Origin: Adineta vaga | Taxonomy: Eukaryota > Animalia > Rotifera | Reading direction: 5' to 3' | Length of the DNA: 64,000 nt | Assembly (NCBI GenBank): GCA_021613535.1 | Contig: CP075492.1 | Coordinates: 11,284,001-11,348,000, forward strand | In this document: positions 14,284 to 28,200 of the stretch, piece after piece | Numbering within the stretch: position 1 is the first letter of the stretch | Layout of the letters: each line of letters begins with the position of its first letter | Translations under genes and position numbers: made by a program | Notes under the pieces: generated by a model | Databases searched by the model: none | What the model saw: the letters and a program-made list of their open reading frames with translations, nothing else | Told to the model about the DNA's origin: nothing

Positions 14284-14616
14284 ATGCCGGGCAGTATTGA
14301 CAGCGACGGAACGATTCGCAATTCTTCGGGACTTCAAATTGGTCAAATTGATAGAAATGGCACTGTCTTTGATGCATCATTTTCGAGTGTAGGTAAAATT
14401 GATGATGATGGAAATATTCAGAATTCTATGGGATCAACGGCTGGTAAAGTTGAAAGTGATGGAACAGTTCGTAATCGATCATTTACTACTATTGGAAAAG
14501 TCGATGATGATGGCACAGTTCGTGATGGTAGTTTCATGCGAATCGGTTATATACGAAATGTGCCAAAAACTTGGGCAGCTGTAGCATTCTTCTTTTTTGA
14601 CTTTGACATGTCATAA
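14284..14616 (+). CDS. Intronless 5-fold beta-flower-like repeat protein (bacterial-type)
   Basis: Five ~18-aa repeats G(K/Q)(I/V)D.DGT(V/I)R..S....IG followed by a hydrophobic C-terminal helix WAAVAFFFF. Family assignment is from recall, not from a search. Confidence 0.7.
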   Translation: MPGSIDSDGTIRNSSGLQIGQIDRNGTVFDASFSSVGKIDDDGNIQNSMGSTAGKVESDGTVRNRSFTTIGKVDDDGTVRDGSFMRIGYIRNVPKTWAAVAFFFFDFDMS

Positions 14617-14943
14617 TTTTACCATTAAAGTCTTGATCTTAGTTTTATTTTATTCAGCAAAAGAAAGAATATACACTCTTCTTTATCATATCATCTTTAA
14701 ATAAAGGTTAACTTGTTTCTACTACATTAAATATTCAGCTGCTTATTCTACAAGTAGAAAATTGCGTTTCTTTTCTGTGTCAATACATAGCTGACGTTAA
14801 TATGAGTCATAATATGAGTAACAAAAAAATCTTGTTTTTTGCTTTTCTTGTACAACGTGACCTTTATTTTCAAACAAAAGCACATTTTGCATTGGTGACG
14901 GAAGTAGGCGAACAGTTAAAGAAAATCGTTCGTGTTTGTGAAT

Positions 14944-16218
14944 ATGGTTTTGGCAAAAATGTCGTTCCTTACGAACTTCATTGCCAATCTCGGACTGACT
15001 AGAAGTAAAAAACAATTGACCCTAGTTGAACTGCTCGATGAAAATCAACCATATAAAGAATTTCACCGTATTCAAGATAATGAATTATCCAACTTAAACG
15101 ATGATGAAAAGATTTTGCCAAGAATTCAAGGTGCTTTGCTTGGTCTTGCCGTTGGTGATGCGCTCGGTGCATCAGTTGAATTTCGACCTCACTCGTATCT
15201 AAAACAACATCCTGTTACTGATATGCAAGGTGGTGGTACATGGGGTTTAAAAGCTGGACAATGGACGGATGATACATCGATGGCCCTTTGTTTAGCAGCT
15301 AGTCTTATTGTTAAAGGTGGTTTTGATGGTTATGATCAGTTAGTTCGATATAAATGGTGGTATCGAAAAGGTTATTTATCATCAACTGGAACTTGTTTCG
15401 ATATTGGTAATGCAACGCGTGATGCAATCATTAAGTTTGAGAATCTTCAACGTCAATGTGCGAAACAATTGGGTTTATCTTCCTTAGAGTCTTCTTTCGA
15501 TCGTCCCAATGAAGAAATACATTCTCAAATAAATTTTAATATCAATTGTGGTGATAAAGAAGCTGCGGGTAATGGAGCATTGATGCGCTTAGCACCAATT
15601 CCATTATTTTATCATTGTTCAAAAGTCGAAGCTATTCACAAGGCGGCTTGTAGTGCAACTCTTACTCATGGTGATAAGAAAGCAAGTGATGCTTGTCGAT
15701 TTTATGCTGCACTTATTTGGAATGCTATACATGGTGAATCAAAAGAAAAACTTCTAGATCCGAAAAATTATCGTAATGATTTCAAACCATCACTCCATCC
15801 CGATGTTATGAAAATTGTTGAAGGTTCCTATAAAGATAAGAAAGGCTATGATGATGGGATTCGTGGGAAAGGTTTTATTTTAGATGCGTTAGAAGCTGCT
15901 TTATGGGCTTTTGATAATGATGACAATTCTTTTGAAAAAGGTGCATTAGCAGCAGTAAATCTAGGTGATGATACTGATACAACAGCTGCTATTTATGGTC
16001 AACTTGCAGGAGCAGTGTATGGAATCGAAGGAATTCCAGAACGTTGGCGTAATCTATCGTTTGAACGCGAATTTATTATTACCCTAGCTAATGGTTTGTT
16101 CATAAGAGGAAAACACTTTAATCATCCAAAACGAAAATGTGCATCTATTGAAACTATAGAAGTAGATGTTCATCCACCTAAGAGCAAAAGAAATTTACCT
16201 GGTAAATCTGCCTTATAA
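14944..16218 (+). CDS. ADP-ribosylglycohydrolase (ARH/DraG family), intronless
   Basis: GLAVGDALG, GQWTDDT, CFDIG, GNGALMR, THG, and GDDTDTTAAIYGQLAGA motifs. Start is uncertain (ATG at 14944 or 14959). Confidence 0.92.
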   Translation: MVLAKMSFLTNFIANLGLTRSKKQLTLVELLDENQPYKEFHRIQDNELSNLNDDEKILPRIQGALLGLAVGDALGASVEFRPHSYLKQHPVTDMQGGGTWGLKAGQWTDDTSMALCLAASLIVKGGFDGYDQLVRYKWWYRKGYLSSTGTCFDIGNATRDAIIKFENLQRQCAKQLGLSSLESSFDRPNEEIHSQINFNINCGDKEAAGNGALMRLAPIPLFYHCSKVEAIHKAACSATLTHGDKKASDACRFYAALIWNAIHGESKEKLLDPKNYRNDFKPSLHPDVMKIVEGSYKDKKGYDDGIRGKGFILDALEAALWAFDNDDNSFEKGALAAVNLGDDTDTTAAIYGQLAGAVYGIEGIPERWRNLSFEREFIITLANGLFIRGKHFNHPKRKCASIETIEVDVHPPKSKRNLPGKSAL

Positions 16219-16337
16219 TCAAATTCTCGTTATTGTTTTTGTTTTTTTATTTATCTAATCTTGAAAAAGAACATCGTTTCATTCACTGACTGTAAAAATT
16301 TAATGCACGTAAAAAAGAAGAAAATAAAATAAAAATA

Positions 16338-17912
<1,575 letters not shown>

Positions 17913-18410
17913 GTCTAAGAGAAAGTCGAAGTTGTCTAAGTACTGAACTACTTGTGATACTATTCTATAAATAGAAAGTTATTTATACAAAAACCGTCCA
18001 TTTCAACATAAAACGTATATCACACTGATCTTTCTTTCAATCGTCTAATATCTTTTTGTTTAGTCTGCTATGTCAAAGGAATAATAGAAATGAATATATA
18101 ATAGATATCACAAATCATTCGTCTTTTGTTCTCTTATATATCAATTATCTATGGATATCAGTTGCTTTTCTCTCGTCTCTTTTTCTCTTCAAGCGCCATA
18201 AACTAAGATTTTATTCTGTATTTTGATTGGTAAGAATATTGTCTAATCCAAAAGATGTACACCTTTTTGGGAAGGAAAGAATGAGTACAACTTTATTTAG
18301 GGTAGACGTAAATGTCTATATATTTCATGTATGTTTGTCTTTACAATTTTTTTCAATGATTCAAAACGTTTATTTAGAGAAAATAATCTGAATCATTTGT
18401 TGTTTCAGAC

Positions 18411-19760
18411 ATGAGTTCCACTTATTCAAATGGTATCGATCGTATATCATCGACCAAAGAAGATGGACTTGCTCAGCTAAGTTCGTAGAATAAATAAATG
18501 ATTAAAACTAAAGGTTACTCTTGTTCTTTGACTTACTTTTTTTGTTCTATCTCAGGTCGATCAACAGAAAATGCAAGAAGAATTAAAAATGTTCAAGACA
18601 AATTTGTCAATAGTCAGGTTCGATATTATTCTATCATTATGACTGAAATCTGTTCTTTTTTCCTTCTGTGTATCAATTTGTAGAATTTACAAAAAGAAGG
18701 TCGAGCTTTAGTCGGTGAAGGTATTCTAATGAAAGTATGCCGGAAAAAGCCTAAACAAAGAGCCTTCTTTTTATTCAATGATATTCTTGTTTATGGACGC
18801 GTCGTTATCAGTGGACGTAAGGTAAAAGAACAAGGTTTTGTTTACGTAAAGGAAAGTTTCACTCTTTTTCAATCTAGTATTCTCAACAAAAAATCATTCC
18901 ACTCAATGAAATACAGATCAGTGCACCAATTGATTCACCTGGTATGATCGATGTAGATACATAACACTTGTCATTTATGATCTATCATATTAGAAAATCC
19001 ATATGCATGGTTGATTAGTAGTCCAAAGAAATCATTTGTTGTTCGAGCAAATTCAGATCGTGAACGACAAGAATGGTTGACACATCTTGAACGTTGTATT
19101 CGTTATGCTTCTGGTATGTCGAACTAAAACATTCAATTTTCTATTTTAATGAAATTGTTTACCAGGAAATAATGCCGGACACAATGCTGTCGCTGCACAT
19201 TGGGTGCCTGATGACAAAGCAGACACGTGTATGCATTGTCATACATCGAAATTTTCGGCTGTTAATCGTAGACACGTGAGTAAAGAAGTTTATTATTAGA
19301 ATTTTAAATGATAGATCATGATGAAACAAGGAGAAAAATCTTTGAGTGAATTCTATGCTCACATTATATATAAAAAACATTATTCGAATTCTATTCTGTA
19401 GCACTGTCGAAATTGTGGTTTTATTGTTTGTGATGGTTGCTCGAAAAAACGCTTTTTACTTTTACATTTGGATCCTAAACCAGTGCGTGTATGTGATTCA
19501 TGTTTTATAAAATTAAACAGCACAAATACAAATGGTAATAGTCTAATGATTTAACTTGTTTTCTAATTCGAACATTTCTATTTAAGATTCTCGTTCAAAT
19601 CAACGTGATCGAACTGCTGATAGCAGCGATAGTGATGGTGATGAAAACACTCAACAATATTCTCCTATTCCGGTATGTCTATCTTTATCTTCTCTATAAC
19701 ACTCACTATGGTCTCCTTCGTTTCTAGGCTACATTCTATCAAAATGTTGAAAATCTCTAA
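18411..19760 (+). CDS. PLEKHF2: PH and FYVE domain protein (Phafin/PLEKHF-like)
   Basis: [58 protein letters not shown] and acidic tail SSDSDGDE. Confidence 0.9.
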
Positions 19761-20174
19761 ACAATTTGACGTTCTTTTTTTTGTTCATCTTCACTATTCA
19801 TTACCATTGCAATATAATTCGTTGATCATATTAAGAAAAGCATTCCTGACGCAAACTTCTTTTTATACATATACATATATACATATACATTGATTGATTA
19901 GTCTATTATTCTTTTCATTTTTTTTTCTTTCTTTGTTTTAAATTTCCGAATGCAACATCTCTTTTTTGTCAATGAATAAAATTAACTAAAGAATGTATCC
20001 TTTGTGTAATCTTTCTCTTTTTACTAAAAAACGAATCTATATTGATCGACTAATTTGTCATTAATAAAATAGACAAACAATTGTATTTCTCACGATTTGA
20101 ATGCGCCAATTTCTATTCAGATAACAATTTTAAAACTCGTTCATTCACTTTTCATTTCCTATCTCATTTAAACT

Positions 20175-21482
20175 ATGGATTATTTTCAACAACCAAATGA
20201 ATTTTCTGATGTAAAAATTTCATTCAAAAATGAAAACAGTAAGTGAAAGGAGATGATTGATATGATTCGCATCTTTCGGTACTCTTAGATATGGTTTTAT
20301 ATGCAAATAAAGTCATTTTATCGGAAGCATCGCCAATAATAAAAGCATTTCTAGCGATTGAGCCGGATAATACCTTCGTTATTGATGAAGATGATGAACA
20401 GTGCATCATAACATCAAATGATGTGATTGAATTATTGAAATTTATCTATCCACAATTTACAATCAAAATAACAGATCAGAATAGTAGGATTTTCCATAAG
20501 AAAAATGTGATCTTTTCAATGTTTCGATTTGTTAGTTAATGGTTTGATTCATCTATCGGAAAAGTATCTTATCGAAACACTTCGAAATGAATGTAAAAAA
20601 TATGTTTATACATGGTTAAATGATATGGAATTGACAACTGTAGATGAAAAGAAAGAGTTTCTACCAAGACATGTACTTTATAAAGATGGAACACGCAAAC
20701 ATATTGCATCAGAAATCGGTAAAAATAGTCGCAAAAAAATCGTTATGAGAGTGAATTGTATTTTACATAAACGCGCGTTTAATTTAGTTCAATCAGATCT
20801 ATTTATAGGATTAGATATTCGTGTTAGTAAGTTGATACAGAACGAATTGAAAAAGTGAAATCCGATGCGTTCTTGTCCAGGTTTGTCTGATGACTGACAG
20901 TTTATTTCGTTTATTTATATCTTATGAAGAATAAGGAGACATAAATTATAAATTTCAGTACATTATTTAGATATAGTCTCACCTGGTTATTCTTATCTTT
21001 ATTGAGTTGATGATATATTGAGAAAAATATGCAAATATGACATTTGCAAGATTGCTAATAAAAATTGAGATAAGTTTTCACTTTTTCAAAAAAAAATCAT
21101 TGACAACAAAGAAAGAGTCCAAATGAATATTGTCCTATTCATTTTTCACATAATTGTAGAATCTATTTTTTTAACATATGCAGTAACATTCTATCATTTC
21201 AAGTGATCTTTTCTTTCAGGTACATTATGTATTTGGCTTCATGAATATTCATCACGTGATGAAACTCTTTCTTCTTCAATTCTTAATATTCTCAAACATG
21301 CATCAACTGATGATCTTGAACGAAATGAAATCTTCTCACAGATGACTGATCGTGAAAAAACGAATATCTATAAGATTATCAGCGAATATTTAGAACATCA
21401 AACAATTCATGAGAAAGATTCATCGGGAGTTATTCATCATAAACAATCTACTTCGCTAATGTTCGCATCGGGTGACAATTAA
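20175..21482 (+). CDS. BTB/POZ domain protein (multi-exon)
   Basis: FSDVKI...LYANKVILSEASP...ELLKFIYP...LSEKYLIETLRNEC. Confidence 0.75.
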
Positions 21483-21550
21483 AAATGTCGAAATGAACGC
21501 GTACAGACTTTTTTTTTGTTTTTAATTTATATTAAGAAAAAAAAACGTCG

Positions 21551-21567
21551 GGGTCATCGAGAGTTCA
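21551..21567 (+). promoter_or_regulatory. Consensus DR5 retinoic acid response element GGGTCA-tcgag-AGTTCA
   Basis: Exact match to RGKTCA-n5-RGKTCA, about 440 bp upstream of the RAR start codon. Function is not demonstrated. Confidence 0.6.
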
Positions 21568-22002
21568 ACTGAAAAAAACTAATGAAAGTTCTAGTAGCAT
21601 TACTACTAGAGGAAATTGAATTTTTTTTCCTGCTTTTGATGCTAGTCAAATATGGCAGTATGCCAACATCTTATCGCCGTCTGTTTAATTATTGGTCGAC
21701 GCGGGAAAAGTGACCGGCGGCGTCGAAGACAACAACAACATGGTCCGCCAATACAGACGTACGTCTCATTCGATGGTCATTGTACAGAAAGACAAAAACG
21801 AGAGAGAAAGAAGGAAAGAAAGAAAGAGAATTTTTCTTGCTCATTCTCTCCTCTAGAGAAACACTCACTCAGCACAGCTCAACATCTTCTCATACGTCTT
21901 TTTTTTTTCATTTCAAATAAAGTAAGTCCTTTGATATATAATTTACCAAGAAAAAGTTTATAAAATTTTTAGAATGGCAAAATTTTAACGAAATAAAAAT
22001 CC

Positions 22003-24610
22003 ATGGATAACAACGAACTTCTTCATGAAACATTTGATTATGATCATTTTTTTGGTGAAAATAACGATGATTATCATACAATGACATGTTTGGAAACAAC
22101 GAATGAAAATCTTCTCGATCTTAATAATAATAATGATACACAAATGAAAAATCGGACAACAGGTAGGTTTTCTTTTATCATCTTTGTCCATCTATCGTTC
22201 GTTGCTGTTTCTTCTCCGGATGAATCAAAGCCAGATGTGCTCTCTTTAATGATGATCATCATACGATTGATCTTCATCATGCATAAACGATAATCAATAA
22301 AGAAGATATCTTAGAAAAAACACTAGTTACCGATGATATCTTGTTGAATATAATGGAATAACAACGTGAGAGAATCATCATCAATCATCGACAAAACTTT
22401 CAGCCATATTTCTTTGTTGAAAATGAATACGGAAAATCTATCTGTCATTATAGATTAGTTTGATTGTGATTAGAGACTAGATGCGTTGTCTAAAAATTCA
22501 TACGAGAATTTTAGTTTACGATATGATTTATATCAATAAATGTATATTTTTCCTTTAGGCAATATTTTAATGGGTACAACTGTAAATGAATATTTCAGCT
22601 CCGGGGTTAATATAATCAATGGTCAAGTAATTAAAACTGAAAATGTAACACAATATTTCAATGGAAATACTAATCAATATAACAATAATCATTCACAACA
22701 AACAATCAATTTCGACAATAATGCTGTTTATAATACGACGAGTAAAATTCGATTTTGTAAAATGACGTTTTTTGTAATGAAAATATTGAATTTAGTCGTT
22801 CCAAATCAACCGATTTATAATATTCAACAAGTCAATGTACAAACGATTGAAAAGCCAATTGTTGCTGCATCACCACCTCCACCACCAAGAGTTTATAAAC
22901 CTTGTGTCGTTTGTGGAGATAAAAGTTCTGGATATCATTATGGTGTTTCAAGTTGTGAAGGTATTTTATTCATAATTATTTCATTGAAAGTAAATAACCA
23001 TTTTCCTTTGTTCTTTTTTTTAAGGTTGCAAAGTACGAATTTTGATTTCCTTCTGTATAATTCAAGTAAACATATTTATTCCTTTGTAGGGATTTTTTCG
23101 ACGAAGTGTACAGAAAAATATGGCTTATCAATGTCATAAAGATCAAAATTGTGAAATCAATAAAATGACACGAAATCGATGTCAATATTGTGTAAGAAAT
23201 GAACACATTTCTAGATAAATTACGTCTCTTTTTCTTTTTAGCGTTTTCAAAAATGTTTCGTTGTTGGAATGAGTAAAGAAGAATTAAGAATATTGAATCA
23301 TGCAAAGAAATTCTTAAATCCAAATGAAGTAAAAACAACGAATAATCGTCAAAAGAAACGGACTACGATTCAATCTGTTCCATCGAATGAATCGTTACCG
23401 GTGGTTGAAACGAAAGTAGCACCTGTTGATAATGAAAAATTGATTCATATTTGTGTTAATCTACATAAATCAACATTCAATTTCAAACCATCACAAGAAA
23501 TTGATGTAATTGAAAATAAATGTTTTCTAAAAAAAAACTAAACGATATAGTTGGTACATCTAGAATAATAAATGAAGCTTTCGTGTTATAATTTAGAGAC
23601 AAAATCAACTTTCTACTTACCAACAAATTACTCATGTTTGATTTGTTTTTCAGGAAAAACCCGATATTCGCTGGCAAAAAACTGATGAATTTAGTCAGAA
23701 GGGTATCATGCAATGTATTCAATTTTGTATGCAAATGCCTGGAAATGACGAATTATCCATACAAGAACGTGCACATTTGCTTAAATTAGGTGTTCATGGT
23801 GTTGCCTTACTTCGTTTAGCTTACCGTTATGAACCTGAAGATGATAAACTATATCTATCAAATAGTTTGACAGTTGATGAAAATATTCTTATGACACAAG
23901 GTTTTGGCTGTTATGGACATACGTTCTTTCAGTTTTGTCGAATATTTAGTCGATTAGAATTAACAATTGAAGAATTTGTTCTTCTTTGTTCCATCGTATT
24001 TTTCAGTCATGGTAATAAGCGATAATTTCATTGTATGTTATCATCAAAACTCTTGTGAATTCTTCTTGATTTAGATCGCATTGAAGGTCAAGAGACGAGA
24101 AATAAAGTTGAACAAATTCAAACACGTTATTGTGAAACCGAAAGATTATATATTGTAAAAAATCGTTCTAATGATCAAATGCATTTTTCTAAATTACTTC
24201 TATTACTTTCAAAATTAAGAGCTTTAGATGCTTTAAGTAAGTTGAATTTGAATTCATTCGATAATATCATAGTTTAAATCAACTAAATTGTATTCTTTTT
24301 CAATATTTTAGTTGCGGAACGTCTTCTTTGTTTACAAATGAATACGGATGGACAAGTACAAAAATGTATTTTTGAAGTACTTCATCGTGAAGCAACGAAT
24401 GTTGTTGTAGTAAGTTATTCACTTTTTATTTCTATTATATTATTCACATAATCATTTATCTATCATTTCAAGGATATGGAAATTGATTATCTCGATGCTA
24501 TTGATACAAAACCTGATTATAGTTGGCTTGATTATCCATCGAATACACAAAACTCAATTTCTGTACCATCACAAGCAATTTCAAATAAAAATAATAATAA
24601 TAATAATTAA
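22003..24610 (+). CDS. RAR: Retinoic acid receptor (NR1B) ortholog, multi-exon
   Basis: [79 protein letters not shown] is RAR-diagnostic. The LBD aligns through [21 protein letters not shown] and H12 CIFEVL. Confidence 0.88.
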
Positions 24611-25254
24611 TGTCAGATAGGTTGCCGGTGCTGTGCCATTGTGCTTGAATGCTGCTCAATATTTGGATGATATCTCTATTGCACATTTGTCAAATAGAAA
24701 AATCGATGTAAATATCTTATATCTTTTCAACGGTGACTTCCTGCTGATTGTCTTTTGTTTTTTTTATATATCTAATTATTGTCTTCAGTATTATATTGTT
24801 CATCATCAGGGATTGTTTTTTTCTTTCTTTCTTTCTGTTATTCTTATTATTCAATGTTGTCCGTCCAGTATTGGAATTTACTTTCTACGATGCATTTTTG
24901 TCACCTGATCTTCTGTTTTTTTAATATTGTTTTGTCGTATGCATACATATATATATATATGTATCTGTCATTTTCTTTTTGCAATATGTAAATGATAGCA
25001 AAAATTTAATTTGTTTTTCTGTTCTTCTTTTTGTGCAAACAAAATGTGTGAAGTTCTTTTATATATATGTATATTGTATATAAAGAACAAAGTTTAACTA
25101 TAAATAATCGGTTGCATTCAAGTCGTCATTGTATAAAATATCTTGTTTTAAGTGAAAGAAAGTTCGATATGATTGTTCCTTTCTTTTTTACATTCAATAA
25201 CATCAATATTTCAATAGCAATAAGTTTTTTTTTTCAGAAAAAAAGATTTATTTG

Positions 25255-28200
25255 TCAATATTGATGTCTAAGTTGCAGTGGTCGTTGTTTGCAAATACCG
25301 ATCGTCTTGTCTTGATGTAGATGGTTGCGTTTACTACTCATTGATGATGCACGTGAATGTGAACGTCCAGAAGCATTCACAGATGCGATTTGACCACCAT
25401 AGGGAAGTGAAAGTGGTGGTAACATCATCATTCCATTTTGAGTAGTTGAACTAGTTTAATAATTAAAAGAGATTAGATATTAATGAATAGTTTACTTACG
25501 ATCGTTTTAAACTGTGATTACGAGGTTTTCGTGGTTTTAATAGTTCATAACTAACTCCATAATCCATTCCATAGGCTTCCCAAGGTTCTACAACACGTAG
25601 TGCTGTTACACGTGTATAATAACCAGATGGAGCTTCCATTGGCTAGATAAGAAAATTCGTAAAAATTGATTTTATGGAAAGAATATTTACTCCATCAAGT
25701 GCTTTATCGACACCAGTTGTATCAAAATATGGACTCAAATCATTGTATACAAATGGTTCATATGCTCGGCTATAATATAGAAAAAGAAGATCTATTACTA
25801 AATTTAGGAAAATCTCGAAGAGCGAAACTGTTTTGGTCGTTGTAATTTTGAAGACTGATTTCGAATTTTTTCTTTCAAACGACGTAATTCACTTTGTACA
25901 TGATCTTCTCGTTGTTGATCAAGTGGATGAAGAGTTAATTTTTGTTCTTTCGTATTGAAACGAACATTAGAAAGAAAACTAAATCAAACATAAACATTCC
26001 AATAAAAAAAATCGATACTTTTTCTTCAATCTTTTACTTATAAACTTCATCGCCTTTAATGATTTGAATTCTTCTCATATGCCAACTATTCTTTTTATCA
26101 ATTCCAGTACATTCAATAGTAATTCGTTTAATCTTTCCTACATCTGTCGTTCGATATTTAAATTCATCAGATGCTTTAGACTGAAATGGAATAGCTCCAC
26201 TCTTTGTAGTTTCCAATGGAATTGTCAGAAGTCCATGTTCGCCACGAATTCGTATATTCACTGTTCCATTAAACGTTCTTTCACCGGTAGCAACTTTGAT
26301 TGTATAGACAGCATCTAGAAAAGAAGAAACATATGAGTTCATGAGTATTCATTCGAAATTTCCCATACTCTACCATTTCGTCTTCTATTATAAGGTCTAG
26401 CTGATTGAGCTCTCGTCATTTGAAAGAAAAGAAAAACGAAAGGTATTTTTTTCACTCTGCTGACTAGTCATTTTTTTCCTCTTTCTCTTGTTTTCTTTTT
26501 AGAAAGAAAGAAATAGGTGTCTGTATGTTTTGCGCTTGACAACAAAAAAATTTACATATATTTACTTTTTCTTTCATCATCTGATGTTGATGATGTTGAT
26601 GTTGATTTTGATGTTGGTTTTGATGCTGCTAGGAAAAAGAAATCGTATTAGACAAATTCGACTAAATAAGAGTAAATTTACATTCATCACATAATGTGTC
26701 ATTTGGTGATGGTGTGAATTCGACTTCCTTGTTGTCTTCGATTGTACGTTTAATATTGAAACTAAAATACAAAATGTTTTTAAGTCACATAGGAGTGATT
26801 TTATGACAATATTTTTCAAGGTTTTTTTAATGTGCTACGTTACCGAAGGGAATACTATACGAAAAACAACACTTTTGATTACATTTTCTCAGAATTTAAC
26901 TTCACTTCTGTCGAACAGGTTATACGAAACATTTGATAGTTCTTATAAAAGTGATTGCAAAAGGATATAGTAAGAATGTCAGTTGGATTGATAATAATTA
27001 ACTGATCTTATATAAACATATAAGAGAGACATTTTGATATGCTATATCAGATTTTTAATCCAAAGCTAATTAGATGATACTCTAAGGTATATATTTCATT
27101 ATCTTACGTTGTTGTGTCATTTCCATGTTGAATAACAATATGATCCACATGACAAACATTTGCGTGTTTACTGTTTGTCTTTTCGAGCGTTATTTTTGTG
27201 ATCTAGTGATAGAAGAAAAGATTGAAGAATAGTCTTTCAAAGAGAATATAACGAACTTGTCCAACATCCGTTCCTGTCAAATCAATTTCACCGTTCGTAT
27301 TCTTTGGAATTGGCATTCTTTTCGTTTGACCATTTACTCCAAATATAGCCATGTATAATTGAGCATCATCATCATCATCATCGTCATCACCATTGGATCG
27401 TTGTTGTAATGTACCATATCGTATCAAAACTTTATATGTTGTTTCTTTGAAGAAAATTTAAAAACAATTAGTTGAAAGTATGCATCATTGAACTTTACAA
27501 AAATACCTTGAACATTTACTTTGTCTGACATGGAGCTACTAGAGCGTGAAGTTTTTGAACTTAATATTTCGTCTGTAAAATAAAGGAACAAAAGAGTCTG
27601 AATACTGATTTCTTTATCTTTTATACCAGGCAACACGGGTGTTAGATCAATGTACGGCATGGATAAATCAAGTACTTTATCAGCATTAAATCTAGAATAA
27701 ATATTGAACTTTGTCATTATTGGTTGATAGAAGTTTGCACACACTTATAGAGTTCTGATCCGTTTTGAATTTGTACGGCATCTAAGTGCCACATTGGACG
27801 AAGACCTTTACCATCTTGTCCAATATTGATTTTATGAATCTATTAAACAAGAGATCTTCCTTATAGAATGAAAATTCAGATTTTAAACAGACCGTTCCAA
27901 CATCAGTGAATGTCATTTCAAATTCACTCGTTTGACCTTGTTTAAATAGAGAATCGGAAGTTTGATTTGTTTGAATCAATTGAAATTGTTTTGTACGACC
28001 TTTTTCACCGTAAATTGTCATAAATACACCAGAATCAGTATTTGAATCATCTTCCGAACTAGTTACAACAGTAATTTTATAAACAACTTGATCTAATCGA
28101 AAACATATACTGTACAAAGCTGAAAATCAAATGTATCGGTTTACCTTGTTCCGGTAATGCTTCTTCAGGAAAAAGATCAACAAAATTTTGTTCATTTTTA

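Noticed and set aside
14284-14560. Periodic DNA repeats that might suggest a CRISPR-like array
   Set aside because: The periodicity is explained by 18-aa protein repeats; there are no identical repeats with unique spacers, and the context is eukaryotic.
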